DNA of 60,440 nucleotides, taken from the NCBI GenBank assembly GCA_031272245.1, contig JAISUE010000080.1, positions 1 through 60,440 of the forward strand, in the 5' to 3' direction. The translations under genes and the position numbers were made by a program. The stretch's first letter is position 1; every line of letters begins with the position of its first letter. This document shows, piece after piece, positions 1 through 9,083 of this stretch. A model generated the notes under the pieces. That model saw only the letters and a list, made by a program, of their open reading frames with translations. It ran no database searches and had not been told where the DNA came from. This DNA comes from Bacteroidales bacterium. GTDB lineage: Bacteria > Bacteroidota > Bacteroidia > Bacteroidales > P3.

Positions 1-291
1 ATGAAAGCAGCATTTATAACATACAATCAGGCACACATTGAGAATGTGGAGCGAGTTTTGAATCAGTTGGCAATACGGGGTTTTACTCGCTGGACAGATG
101 TTCAGGGAAGAGGCAGTAAAGATGGCGAGCCGCATTTGGGTTCTCACGCATGGCCAGCCAAAAATATGGCAACGCTTTGCATAATTGAGGACAGCACGGC
201 ATCATTACTCAAAAAAATGTTACGCGGAGTTGATTCTGCAGCACCGGCACAAGGCTTGCGGGTCTTTTTCTGGGACATTGTAGATGTGTAA
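1..291 (+). CDS. small P-II-like / transporter-associated protein (PG0541 / DUF3240-like), 96 aa
   Basis: Full ORF from ATG at position 1. About 95 aa with a beta-alpha-beta-like pattern (FITYNQA...VERVLNQLAIRGFTRW..VQGRGS..GEPHLGSHAWP) resembling small P-II-fold proteins encoded beside efflux transporters in Bacteroidota. The partner gene would lie upstream of the window. Confidence 0.55.
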   Translation: MKAAFITYNQAHIENVERVLNQLAIRGFTRWTDVQGRGSKDGEPHLGSHAWPAKNMATLCIIEDSTASLLKKMLRGVDSAAPAQGLRVFFWDIVDV

Positions 292-310
292 CAAAACTAT
301 TACTAAAATA

Positions 311-352
311 AAAATGCTGTTTTTTATTTATTAAAACAGCATTTTTATTTTA
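311..352 (+). terminator. rho-independent terminator
   Basis: Perfect 13-bp stem AAAATGCTGTTTT (311-323) / AAAACAGCATTTT (333-345) followed by a T-rich run. Confidence 0.7.
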
Positions 353-496
353 AAATATTTGTATTTCAGATGAAAAAACAAAGATTTTGTACTCAACATA
401 CTTAAAATTATTGCTAAAAAGAGATAAACCCTATGAAAATAGCAGGAGATTTTTGAATATAACAATTTATTTAAACGCTCTTAAAACATTTTTTAA

Positions 497-504
497 TACT
501 TTTG
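497..504 (+). promoter_or_regulatory. Bacteroidota sigma-A -7 box TACTTTTG
   Basis: Exact TAnnTTTG match 34 nt upstream of the ATG at 538. Confidence 0.5.
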
Positions 505-537
505 CAGAAATAATGTTTATTAAAATAGAATGAATTT

Positions 538-813
538 ATGATCAAATATTTTGTATTTTATTTGGTAATAATAAATGTACTAAGTGCAATTATTTTTTAT
601 GAAGACCTAAGACGGGCAAGGAAAAAAAAACACCGTAGAATAAAAGAAACAACTCTTCATATTTTAGAAATTATTGGAGGAGTTATAGGTGTTTTATTAA
701 TAATGCTCGGAGAAGGACATAAGAGCAATAAGAAGTCTTATTTTATATGGACTTATATTATATTTTTTCTTTGGCTTATCGTAGGATATATACTAATTAT
801 AGGAATATTTTAA
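538..813 (+). CDS. DUF1294-family small membrane protein
   Basis: 91 aa. N-terminal TM helix, basic stretch RRARKKKHRRIKETTLHILEIIGG, then two more TM helices, the typical DUF1294 layout. Confidence 0.7.
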   Translation: MIKYFVFYLVIINVLSAIIFYEDLRRARKKKHRRIKETTLHILEIIGGVIGVLLIMLGEGHKSNKKSYFIWTYIIFFLWLIVGYILIIGIF

Positions 814-816
814 GAT

Positions 817-1866
817 TTATTTGTCTAAAAGAAGTGAAAGATAAGTATTGGCAAAGCACAATGTTGTAAGACGTTTGATAGATATATCGTGAATTTCTCT
901 TTGTCCAGGAATATTATCTGTATTTTCAAATATTATTAATTCACCTTCTTTGACCCATACAACCTTATTGTTTTCTGCAATATATTCGTCTTCTATCTTT
1001 AATACGGCATCTACATAAGGATGATTTGCCGCAAAAATTGCCAGACAAGTGTTAACATCCACTACTCTCATCATTTGGTATATGTCCCTTTTTGATTTAT
1101 TAAAAATATCCAAGTAAATTCCTTCAGAATTATACTCTTTTAAGGGTTCTTTATAATTAACATCTTTTTCATAACGGTCGGCAATAAGAGATAATAAAAT
1201 AGTTTTTTGTATTTGGTTTTTAACATTTAATTCTATCACATTAACATTATTGTCATTCTCAATCAATATCGCTCCGGGAGAAAAATCTTCATCATCAATT
1301 ACATTTACAAAAGTATATCCACTTTTGAAATATAAATCCAAAGTTTTTCTTTCATGTACAATATATTTCTTACTTTGAATATCTCCACAATCATAATTTT
1401 TCAGAAAAGTTTTGTAATTGAAATCCAAATTATGTGTATCAAGAAAAACTTCATTTACATCTTTAAGCTTAAAAACTTTATTATTATTAACGCATGTGTT
1501 AGCAAAACCGAATTGTTGATAGAATTGCATTAAGTCATTATCCTGTGCTACAAGAAAAATTACCTGATGCCCCTTTTCATAACATTGATTAATGGCAGCA
1601 TTAACAAGTTTTTTTCCATAACCTTTACTCCTTTCGTCATTTGCAACACAAAGACCAGAAATATAATCTGCTTTAATCACATCATTAAAAAGTGAAAAAT
1701 TATAAACAGGTAACAAGCAAAAACCAAAAATATGTGTTCCATTTTCAAGATAAATTATGTTGTCTTTGCCAACATAATTAAAATAATCATTAATAAAGTC
1801 TTCAGAATCTGCAAAAATTGTTGCCCAAATTTTCTTAGCTTGAGATAAAACTTCTTCTATTTCCAT
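817..1866 (-). CDS. GNAT-family N-acetyltransferase (Eis-like, with C-terminal extra domain)
   Basis: Acetyl-CoA binding motif region (ERSKGYGKKLVNAAINQCYEKGHQVIFL). 349 aa. Lies 18 nt downstream of rpoD on the same strand. Confidence 0.7.
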   Translation of the reverse strand: MEIEEVLSQAKKIWATIFADSEDFINDYFNYVGKDNIIYLENGTHIFGFCLLPVYNFSLFNDVIKADYISGLCVANDERSKGYGKKLVNAAINQCYEKGHQVIFLVAQDNDLMQFYQQFGFANTCVNNNKVFKLKDVNEVFLDTHNLDFNYKTFLKNYDCGDIQSKKYIVHERKTLDLYFKSGYTFVNVIDDEDFSPGAILIENDNNVNVIELNVKNQIQKTILLSLIADRYEKDVNYKEPLKEYNSEGIYLDIFNKSKRDIYQMMRVVDVNTCLAIFAANHPYVDAVLKIEDEYIAENNKVVWVKEGELIIFENTDNIPGQREIHDISIKRLTTLCFANTYLSLLLDK

Positions 1867-1884
1867 TCTTCTTTATTATATTTT

Positions 1885-2748
1885 TTAGCCAAGATAGCTT
1901 TGCAATACATTTATTCGTGAAGTATGTTTAAGTTTTCTTACAGCTTTTTCTCTTATCTGACGAACTCTTTCTCTTGTCAAATTAAATTTCTCACCTATTT
2001 CATCTAAAGTCATAGGTGGATAACCATCTAATCCATAAAACATTTTAATGATGTCAGCCTCTTTTTGAGACAAAGACTTTATAGCATGATTTATTTCCTG
2101 CCGCAAACTTTCCATTAATAGTTCTGTTTCAGGAGTAACTTCTTCTTCATTACGCATAAAATCATACATTGTATTATCTTCGTCAGATAAAAGAGGTGCA
2201 TCCATAGACAAATGTTTAGAAGAATTACGTAAACTGTCTTTAACTTCTTCATCTGGTATATCCAAAAGGCTTGCTACTTCATCAGGATTTGGAGTGCGTT
2301 CTAATTTTTGTTCAAGTTCCGAATAAGCTTTTCCTATACGATTCATAGTACCTATTTTGTTCAATGGTAAACGAACTATACGACTTTGTTCTGCCAAAGC
2401 TTGTAAAATAGACTGACGAATCCACCATACAGCATAAGAGATAAATTTAAAGCCACGTGTTTCATCAAACCTTTGAGCTGCTTTTATTAGTCCTAAATTA
2501 CCTTCATTGATTAAATCTGGAAGACTCATACCTTGATTTTGATATTGCTTTGCAACCGAAACGACAAAACGTAAATTAGCCTTGGTTAATCTTTCCAAAG
2601 CAATTTGATCTCCCTGTCTGATACGTTGTGCAAGCAGAACTTCATCCTCCGGAGAAATCATTTCTAAACGACTAATCTCCTGTAAGTATTTATCCAAAGA
2701 AGTAATTTCTCTGTTAGTAAGTTGTTTTACAATTTTTAATTGTCTCAT
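1885..2748 (-). CDS. rpoD: primary RNA polymerase sigma factor (sigma-70 family, Bacteroidota sigma-A)
   Basis: Regions 2-4 are recognisable: DLINEGNLGLIKAAQRFD, YAVWWIRQSI, LTRERVRQIREKAVRKL. The 287-aa size is typical of Bacteroidota sigma-A. Confidence 0.9.
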   Translation of the reverse strand: MRQLKIVKQLTNREITSLDKYLQEISRLEMISPEDEVLLAQRIRQGDQIALERLTKANLRFVVSVAKQYQNQGMSLPDLINEGNLGLIKAAQRFDETRGFKFISYAVWWIRQSILQALAEQSRIVRLPLNKIGTMNRIGKAYSELEQKLERTPNPDEVASLLDIPDEEVKDSLRNSSKHLSMDAPLLSDEDNTMYDFMRNEEEVTPETELLMESLRQEINHAIKSLSQKEADIIKMFYGLDGYPPMTLDEIGEKFNLTRERVRQIREKAVRKLKHTSRINVLQSYLG

Positions 2749-2857
2749 CTATATTTATTGCTTCTAATTAAATTTTACCTTCTGTTTTCTTTAATTATAA
2801 ATTTCTGTAACGTTCTTACGAATAATTTGTGTAAAGGTTACATTTTTAACAAAAAAA

Positions 2858-3493
2858 CTATTTATAATATCCATATTTTTCTATTTCATCTCTTACGTTT
2901 TCAGGTACAAGATAACGAATGGATTTGCCCTCAATAATGTTTTGCCGTATAAAAGATGAAGATATTTCTATTTGAGGTGCAGTTATCATCTTAACATTTG
3001 GATGATTTTTCAAAAAATTTAAAGATAAATGAATATTCATATTTTCTGTTGATTCTTTATTTTCTTTAATTTCTTTTCTCGGATAAACATAAAGTTGATA
3101 ATATTCTAATATAACATTATAATTTTTCCATTTATCAAAAGTAACAAGATTGTCTTCTCCAATCAAAAGAACAAATTGTCGTTGCGGAAATTTTTCTGCA
3201 AGATATACTAATGTATTTATTGTATATGAAGGAACAGGGAGATGAAATTCTATGTCGCATGCAAAAAATTTATCGTTCTTTTCTATAGCTGTCTGAACTA
3301 ATGAAAATCTGCTACGATTATCAAGTAATGTTGTTTGATTTTTTAGCGGATTTTGTGGAGAAACAACAAACCATATCTGATTCAAATCACTATTTTCTAC
3401 TATATGCTCTGCGAGTATCAAATGTCCATTATGAATAGGATTGAAACTTCCAAAGTATAAACCTGTTTTTCGTACATTAGTTATTTTGTCCAT
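2858..3493 (-). CDS. nadD: nicotinate-nucleotide adenylyltransferase
   Basis: GLYFGSFNPIHNGHL (H/TxGH nucleotidyltransferase motif) and SSSFIR near the C-terminus. Confidence 0.85.
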   Translation of the reverse strand: MDKITNVRKTGLYFGSFNPIHNGHLILAEHIVENSDLNQIWFVVSPQNPLKNQTTLLDNRSRFSLVQTAIEKNDKFFACDIEFHLPVPSYTINTLVYLAEKFPQRQFVLLIGEDNLVTFDKWKNYNVILEYYQLYVYPRKEIKENKESTENMNIHLSLNFLKNHPNVKMITAPQIEISSSFIRQNIIEGKSIRYLVPENVRDEIEKYGYYK

Positions 3494-3510
3494 AAAATTT
3501 TGTTTTTAAG

Positions 3511-4302
3511 TTATATAACTATTTTACCTTCAAAAACCTTGCCAGTTGTCCCGATTAAGAAAACATTTGTTATCTCTTTGTCTCCCTCCTTGTCAATAAA
3601 AACTTTCAAGTCTCCCCCCTGCGTACTTACATTTATTTTTATGTTTTGTCCATGTAAATTATGTTTCACTGCATAAATTACACTTGCAGCCACTACAGCT
3701 GTGCCGCAAGATAGAGTTTCATCCTCAACACCTCTTTCATAAGTACGAAGTTTAATACCATTCTCTAAACACTGTACAAAACTTACATTTGTTCCTTTAT
3801 ATTTTTCAAAACGTGTATCATAGCGTATTTCCCTGCCTTCTTCAATTATTTTAATGTTATTTACATCAGATACAAAACGTATAAAATGTTGCGTACCCGT
3901 ATTTATAAACCAACCATCATTAAATTTTTTTATATGTGTTGGATTTATCATTGATATTTTAACTTGATTATTCTTTATTTCTGCTCTATGTTCTCCATCT
4001 GGTGCTATAAAACAACATTCAGATTCTATTATTCCTAAATCTTTTGCAAAAATAACTGCCGATCTGCCTCCATTACCACAAAACATACCGGATGAGCCAT
4101 CCGGATTAAAAAACTTCATTTCAAAATCATACTTATTGTTAAAAGGAGTTGTTAATAATAAAACACCATCAGCTCCTATTCCGAAATGGCGATTACAAAT
4201 ATTTTGTATTTGCTGTTCTGTAAAAGAAAAGTTTTGATTTCTACAATCAATAATCACAAAATCATTACCGTTTGCTTGATATTTTGAAAAAAAAATAATC
4301 AT
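3511..4302 (-). CDS. dapF: diaminopimelate epimerase
   Basis: NGNDFVIID, FFNPDGSSGMFCGNGGR and ERGVEDETLSCGTA, which include the two catalytic Cys motifs. Confidence 0.9.
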   Translation of the reverse strand: MIIFFSKYQANGNDFVIIDCRNQNFSFTEQQIQNICNRHFGIGADGVLLLTTPFNNKYDFEMKFFNPDGSSGMFCGNGGRSAVIFAKDLGIIESECCFIAPDGEHRAEIKNNQVKISMINPTHIKKFNDGWFINTGTQHFIRFVSDVNNIKIIEEGREIRYDTRFEKYKGTNVSFVQCLENGIKLRTYERGVEDETLSCGTAVVAASVIYAVKHNLHGQNIKINVSTQGGDLKVFIDKEGDKEITNVFLIGTTGKVFEGKIVI

Positions 4303-4304
4303 TT

Positions 4305-5009
4305 TTATTTATTTGTCTTTTTAAGATTGGCTATAGAAAGAATTATTCCCAAAGCAACACCTAACAATGCAGCACACAAAACTCTGTATTCAGAATCTAA
4401 CATGAAAGTTACAGTATGAGCAGGAAACCAGAAGAAAGGAATAGTTTTCTTAAAAATAAAATTCCATTGTACGTCCCAATTCAAATTTTTAATTATTCTG
4501 CCAAAATGAATAGGTGTAAAAAAGCCTCGTAAAGTTCCATTGTTTTCTAATATGTGAGTGTCTGTAATTTTATGAACAGTCATAAAAACGGGAGCAAAAA
4601 AAGTATTCATCAATACTGACACACTAAAAGCATATAAAAGTTGCAGACTAAAACATTCAGAAGACAATGTCGTTGCATCTAAATTCAAGCCGCAATAATG
4701 TAAAAACACGAACGTACCATTTGCAAAAATGGTCATTGCTGCAGAAATTGCTATACCAAGAAGTCCCCAAACGATAAAACGTGGCATTAACCCAAAACTT
4801 TTTTCATTATAATTACCCTTTGTTATTCTTAATCCTATACATTCTCCTGCAGTTGCGAGAACGCCAAATTTTAAAAAGGACAGTAGAAAATAACGAAAGT
4901 CTTTTGCACTGCTCCAATCCATAAACCATTCTTTCAAAGGTATAATTACAAAGAAAAGAGCCACAAAAACTATAGCTCCTAAAATAAAAAATAAATCTTT
5001 CTTCTTCAT
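4305..5009 (-). CDS. multi-pass membrane protein, unknown function
   Basis: 234 aa with about 6 hydrophobic helices. Starts 2 nt after the dapF start region and directly abuts the 5010 ORF. No family recognised by eye. Confidence 0.6.
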   Translation of the reverse strand: MKKKDLFFILGAIVFVALFFVIIPLKEWFMDWSSAKDFRYFLLSFLKFGVLATAGECIGLRITKGNYNEKSFGLMPRFIVWGLLGIAISAAMTIFANGTFVFLHYCGLNLDATTLSSECFSLQLLYAFSVSVLMNTFFAPVFMTVHKITDTHILENNGTLRGFFTPIHFGRIIKNLNWDVQWNFIFKKTIPFFWFPAHTVTFMLDSEYRVLCAALLGVALGIILSIANLKKTNK

Positions 5010-5285
5010 TTATTCCTGCTTTATATTTGAAGTTTGCATTTCTTCTTCTTTTGTTTCATTTATCTGCTGAGATAATCTGTTTATTTCTTTTTTTGCTTTA
5101 CGTAATGATTGAGCAAGATTAAATGTAACGTACACCATATAAATTAATGTTGCCACAATTACAGCAAAACAGATCCAAAACTTAAAACTTGGTATTTCGC
5201 TACCGGATTGAACCATTTGCATTGCTACGATAAGTAACGCAGCAATTAAAATAGAAAAAACGTTTTTAAAGTTATGTTTTATCAT
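5010..5285 (-). CDS. small membrane protein with C-terminal coiled-coil tail
   Basis: 91 aa, two TM helices then KAKKEINRLSQQINETKEEE. Its stop abuts the next ORF's start codon. TACTTTTG box upstream. Confidence 0.5.
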   Translation of the reverse strand: MIKHNFKNVFSILIAALLIVAMQMVQSGSEIPSFKFWICFAVIVATLIYMVYVTFNLAQSLRKAKKEINRLSQQINETKEEEMQTSNIKQE

Positions 5286-5309
5286 ATTAAATATTATTAT
5301 TTACAAAAG

Positions 5310-5317
5310 CAAAAGTA
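5310..5317 (-). promoter_or_regulatory. -7 box TACTTTTG (minus strand)
   Basis: CAAAAGTA on the + strand, 25 nt upstream of the ATG at 5285. Confidence 0.5.
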
Positions 5318-5381
5318 TAAAAATATTAAAATATAAATTTGAGGTAATAAAGAAAAGTTAGATAGAAAATCAAATTATTTG

Positions 5382-5389
5382 TATTTTTG
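5382..5389 (+). promoter_or_regulatory. -7 box TATTTTTG
   Basis: Exact TAnnTTTG match about 65 nt upstream of the ATG at 5455. Confidence 0.45.
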
Positions 5390-5454
5390 CAGCTTTCAAA
5401 AAGGTCAAAACGACCGATAAAATTGACTTGAAACATAATTAAACAAAATACAGT

Positions 5455-7629
5455 ATGAATAAAAAGAATTTATTAACAGCACTCTTAACGGTTGTTGCAT
5501 TCTCATTTTCATTTGCCCAAAAACAGATAACTCTCGATGACATTTGGACAAAAGGAACTTTCCGCGTAAAATACATTTATGAGGCTCGCTCAATGGCTGA
5601 CGGAGAACATTACTGCGTTCTTACCGCCAGCGGAATTGACAGATATGCGTACAAAAACGGAACAAAGGAAGGAATGATACTTAATTTTGCCGATTTAGGT
5701 TTTGATATGAAAGAAAATTATGTTGCAGAATACGCTTTCTCAACAGACGAACAGCAGTTGCTGCTTTGTTTCAATCCCGATTACATTTACCGACATTCCT
5801 ACGTTGCAGACTATTACGTTTATAATGTAAAGACAAAGCAGTTGAAAAAGGTAAGTGAGGACAAAATTCGTTTGGCTGAATTTTCTCCAACCGGCGAAAA
5901 AATTGCTTATGTGAAAGATAATAACCTTTACATCAAAGACCTGAAAACCGAACTGACAACTCAAATTACAAAAGACGGTGAATACAACAAAATAATTTAT
6001 GGAACAACCGACTGGGTTTATGAAGAGGAATTTGCAATCACCAAAGGGTTCTTTTGGAACGCAACAGGCGACAGATTGGCATATTATCGCTTTGATGAAA
6101 GTAATGTTAAGGAATTTTCAATGACAGAATGGGGAAATCTTTATCCCGATGAGTATAAATTCAAATACCCAAAAGCAGGCGAGGACAACTCAAAGGTAGA
6201 AATTTTTGTTTATGATTTGAATACCAAAAAGTCAGTCAAAACAGTTATTGACCAAAACATTGACGTTTATTACCCACGCATCCAATGGACAAAAGACAAT
6301 AATAAATTATGCATTCACAAATTAAACCGTACTCAAAACCTTTACGAAATTTTTATCGTGGATTGCATGAATGCTTACAGCGTTTCAAAGATTTATAATG
6401 ATGAAAATCTTTATTATATTGAACAGCCTGAAGATTTTTATTTTCTCTCCGACAATGATCATTTTATTGTAAAATCGGAACGCAGCGGCTACACTCATTT
6501 TTATCTTGTTTCAATGAAGGATAAGAGTGTGAAAGCAATTACGGGTGGCTCTTATGATGTGGATAATCTTTGTTACGTTGATGAGAAAGCAGAAAAAATA
6601 TATTTCACAGCGGCACAAAGTCAGGCTTATAACCGCGAACTGTTTGTTATCAACCTTGATGGTAAAAAGCAGACAAAGTTGAGCGGCGTTGAGGGAACAT
6701 ATACGGCGGATTTCTCTGCCAGCGGAAAATATTACATTGGCTCTTTTTCCGATGCAAGCACTCCAACAGTATATACAATCAATCAAAGCAAAAATGGAGA
6801 AGTGCTGACTACTCTTGAGGATAACTCAAAGCTTAAAACCACTCTTGTAGAATATGGCGGCGAACACAAAGAATTTGGAAAGTTCCGCACCGAAAATGGC
6901 GATTCGTTAAACTATTGGATTATCAAACCTGCGAAAATGGAAAGCGGAAAGAAATATCCTGTTTTATTTTATGTCTATGGAGGACCAGGTTCACAGGAAG
7001 TGATTAACTCTTTCAGCCGTACTTACGACTTTATGTGGTTTCGGATGCTGGCACAGCAAGGATATGTTGTGGCTTGTGTAGATGGGCGCGGCACAGGCTT
7101 CAGAGGAGAAAAGTTTAAGAAAAGCACGTATATGAATCTTGGCGACTTGGAAACGCAGGATCAAATTCAAGCCGCCAAATACTTTGGGTCGCTTGACTAT
7201 ATTGATAAAAACCGTATTGGAATCTTTGGCTGGTCTTACGGAGGCTATATGTCTTCGCTCTGCATTACCAAAGGAGCAGACTGGTTCAAAGCAGCAATAG
7301 CAGTAGCCCCTGTTACAACATGGCGTTACTACGATAACATTTACACCGAGCGTTACATGCGTAAGCCACAGGATAACGCCGAAGGCTACGACCGCAATTC
7401 ACCTGTCAATCATGCCAGCTTGCTTAAAGGCAACTTCCTTTTGGTTCATGGAACGGGCGATGACAATGTTCATTTTCAAAATTCTATGGACTTCTCCAAC
7501 GCTCTTATTAAGGCGAACAAACAGTTTGAAGAGTTCTTCTATCCTAACAGAAATCACGGAATTTATGGAGGAAACACTCGTCTTCACCTTTATCAAATGA
7601 TGACCGATTTTCTCAAACGAAAACTCTAA
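5455..7629 (+). CDS. dipeptidyl-peptidase IV (S9B prolyl oligopeptidase family)
   Basis: Signal peptide, DPPIV N-terminal beta-propeller region, and catalytic motifs GWSYGGYM (Ser), DDNVHFQN (Asp) and NHGI (His). Confidence 0.9.
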   Translation: MNKKNLLTALLTVVAFSFSFAQKQITLDDIWTKGTFRVKYIYEARSMADGEHYCVLTASGIDRYAYKNGTKEGMILNFADLGFDMKENYVAEYAFSTDEQQLLLCFNPDYIYRHSYVADYYVYNVKTKQLKKVSEDKIRLAEFSPTGEKIAYVKDNNLYIKDLKTELTTQITKDGEYNKIIYGTTDWVYEEEFAITKGFFWNATGDRLAYYRFDESNVKEFSMTEWGNLYPDEYKFKYPKAGEDNSKVEIFVYDLNTKKSVKTVIDQNIDVYYPRIQWTKDNNKLCIHKLNRTQNLYEIFIVDCMNAYSVSKIYNDENLYYIEQPEDFYFLSDNDHFIVKSERSGYTHFYLVSMKDKSVKAITGGSYDVDNLCYVDEKAEKIYFTAAQSQAYNRELFVINLDGKKQTKLSGVEGTYTADFSASGKYYIGSFSDASTPTVYTINQSKNGEVLTTLEDNSKLKTTLVEYGGEHKEFGKFRTENGDSLNYWIIKPAKMESGKKYPVLFYVYGGPGSQEVINSFSRTYDFMWFRMLAQQGYVVACVDGRGTGFRGEKFKKSTYMNLGDLETQDQIQAAKYFGSLDYIDKNRIGIFGWSYGGYMSSLCITKGADWFKAAIAVAPVTTWRYYDNIYTERYMRKPQDNAEGYDRNSPVNHASLLKGNFLLVHGTGDDNVHFQNSMDFSNALIKANKQFEEFFYPNRNHGIYGGNTRLHLYQMMTDFLKRKL

Positions 7630-7637
7630 AAACTTTG

Positions 7638-7645
7638 TATATTTG
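7638..7645 (+). promoter_or_regulatory. -7 box TATATTTG
   Basis: Exact TAnnTTTG match 18 nt upstream of the ATG at 7664. Confidence 0.45.
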
Positions 7646-7663
7646 CAATAAAATTCGGTATAT

Positions 7664-8938
7664 ATGGCAGTTATAAATAAATATGTAATAATAGTAATAA
7701 TTCTTTGTGGATTTCAATGGACGATAAATGCTCAAGACAGGAACAGACTTGAGAAAGAAAAAGCCAAATTGGAAAAAGAAATAGCTAATATAAATGCTAT
7801 TTTGAAAGAAACTTTAAAGACAAAAAAAATATCTGCCTCCGAACTTGTTGTATTAAAGAAAAAAATTGCACAACGACAGCAATTAATTCAAAATATAACT
7901 ACACAAACTAATATGTTAAAAGGAGAAATCAATACAACACAACAAAGTATTTCTGATTTACAACATCAAATAATAGCATTAAAATCGAGTTATGCACAAA
8001 TGCTACGTTACGCTCAAAAGAATAAAACATCTATGGATAAATTTACATTCATATTTTCTTCCAAAGATTATACGGAAGCGTATAGACGGTATGTTTTTTT
8101 TCGTCAATTTGGAGAAGTGCAGAAACAAAAAATAGAACAGATAAAACAGAAAACGCGAGAACTGAATATTAAAACCAATGAATTGGAATTAAAGAAAAAC
8201 AATCAGGAATATTTGCTTGCTACAGAACAAAAAAACAAAGAAGAACTGTATAAAGAACAAAAGAATAAAGAACAAACATTAACGTCTATTAAAAAACAGG
8301 AAAAACAATATCAAAAGCAACTTAAAGAAAAGGAAGCCAAACGAAAAAAATTACAACAGCAAATAGATAATGCTATTGCAGCTGAAATAAGGAAACAAAA
8401 AGCATTAGCAGAAAAGCGTAAAGCCGCAGAAAAGAAAATAGAAAAGCAGACTACAACTACTCAAAAAACAACAGATAAAGTTAAAAATAATAAATATGTT
8501 ATAGCTACAACTGTAGAAGATATTGCATTGGCAGATAATTTTGCTGCAAGCAAAGGGAAACTTCCTTATCCATGTGATAATGGAATTGTTGTAAGTACTT
8601 ATGGTATGCATTCACATCCTGATATTAAAGGAGTAATGGTTGAAAATCGTGGTATAGATATTCGTTTGCCTAAAGGTTCTTCTGTAAGATCTGTGTTTGA
8701 TGGAGTGGTTGTGAAAGTATTTAAAGAGCCTCATGGAAATATGGGAATAATTATTAGACATGGAGAGTATATGACTGTTTATACTTCATTAAAAGTTGTG
8801 AGTGTTAATGAAGGAGATAAAGTTATAACGCGTCAAGTTATAGGTACAATAGCAACTAATGCCGATGGACAAAGTGAGATGAATTTTCAGATATGGAAAG
8901 GTTATGAGAATGTAAATCCTGCATTGTGGTTACGTTAA
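7664..8938 (+). CDS. M23-family peptidoglycan metalloendopeptidase / EnvC-like murein hydrolase activator
   Basis: Signal peptide, about 270 aa of K/E/Q coiled coil, and a C-terminal LytM/M23 domain (GIDIRLPKGSSVRSVFDGVV...HGEYMTVYTSL). Confidence 0.85.
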   Translation: MAVINKYVIIVIILCGFQWTINAQDRNRLEKEKAKLEKEIANINAILKETLKTKKISASELVVLKKKIAQRQQLIQNITTQTNMLKGEINTTQQSISDLQHQIIALKSSYAQMLRYAQKNKTSMDKFTFIFSSKDYTEAYRRYVFFRQFGEVQKQKIEQIKQKTRELNIKTNELELKKNNQEYLLATEQKNKEELYKEQKNKEQTLTSIKKQEKQYQKQLKEKEAKRKKLQQQIDNAIAAEIRKQKALAEKRKAAEKKIEKQTTTTQKTTDKVKNNKYVIATTVEDIALADNFAASKGKLPYPCDNGIVVSTYGMHSHPDIKGVMVENRGIDIRLPKGSSVRSVFDGVVVKVFKEPHGNMGIIIRHGEYMTVYTSLKVVSVNEGDKVITRQVIGTIATNADGQSEMNFQIWKGYENVNPALWLR

Positions 8939-8975
8939 ATCAAGTTTATATATTTTTGCTTGTATTTTTTCAACA

Positions 8976-9047
8976 GCTCCCGTAGTTTAATGGATAAAAT
9001 TTCAGATTCCGGTTCTGACGTTATGGGTTCGAATCCCTTCGGGAGTA
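8976..9047 (+). tRNA. tRNA-Arg (anticodon CCG)
   Basis: Hand-folded cloverleaf. Acceptor 8976-8982 pairs with 9040-9046. D arm contains GG. Anticodon stem is TCAGA/TCTGA with loop TTCCGGT (CCG at 9009-9011). The T loop is TTCGAAT. There is one U-U mismatch in the T stem, and no encoded CCA. Confidence 0.85.
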
Positions 9048-9083
9048 CTTAAAAATTGATTTATAATAAAAAAAATAAAATTT

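Noticed and set aside
2740-2937. 65-aa + strand ORF bridging the rpoD and nadD ends
   Set aside because: It overlaps the start of rpoD and the end of nadD on the other strand. It is a Leu/Ile/Phe-rich AT-driven frame with no promoter box.
5405-7600. Small ORFs overlapping the DPP-IV gene (5405-5593, 5740-5964, 6511-6786, 7399-7596 minus strand; 7412-7600 plus strand)
   Set aside because: They are nested in or antisense to a gene with complete S9B catalytic motifs.
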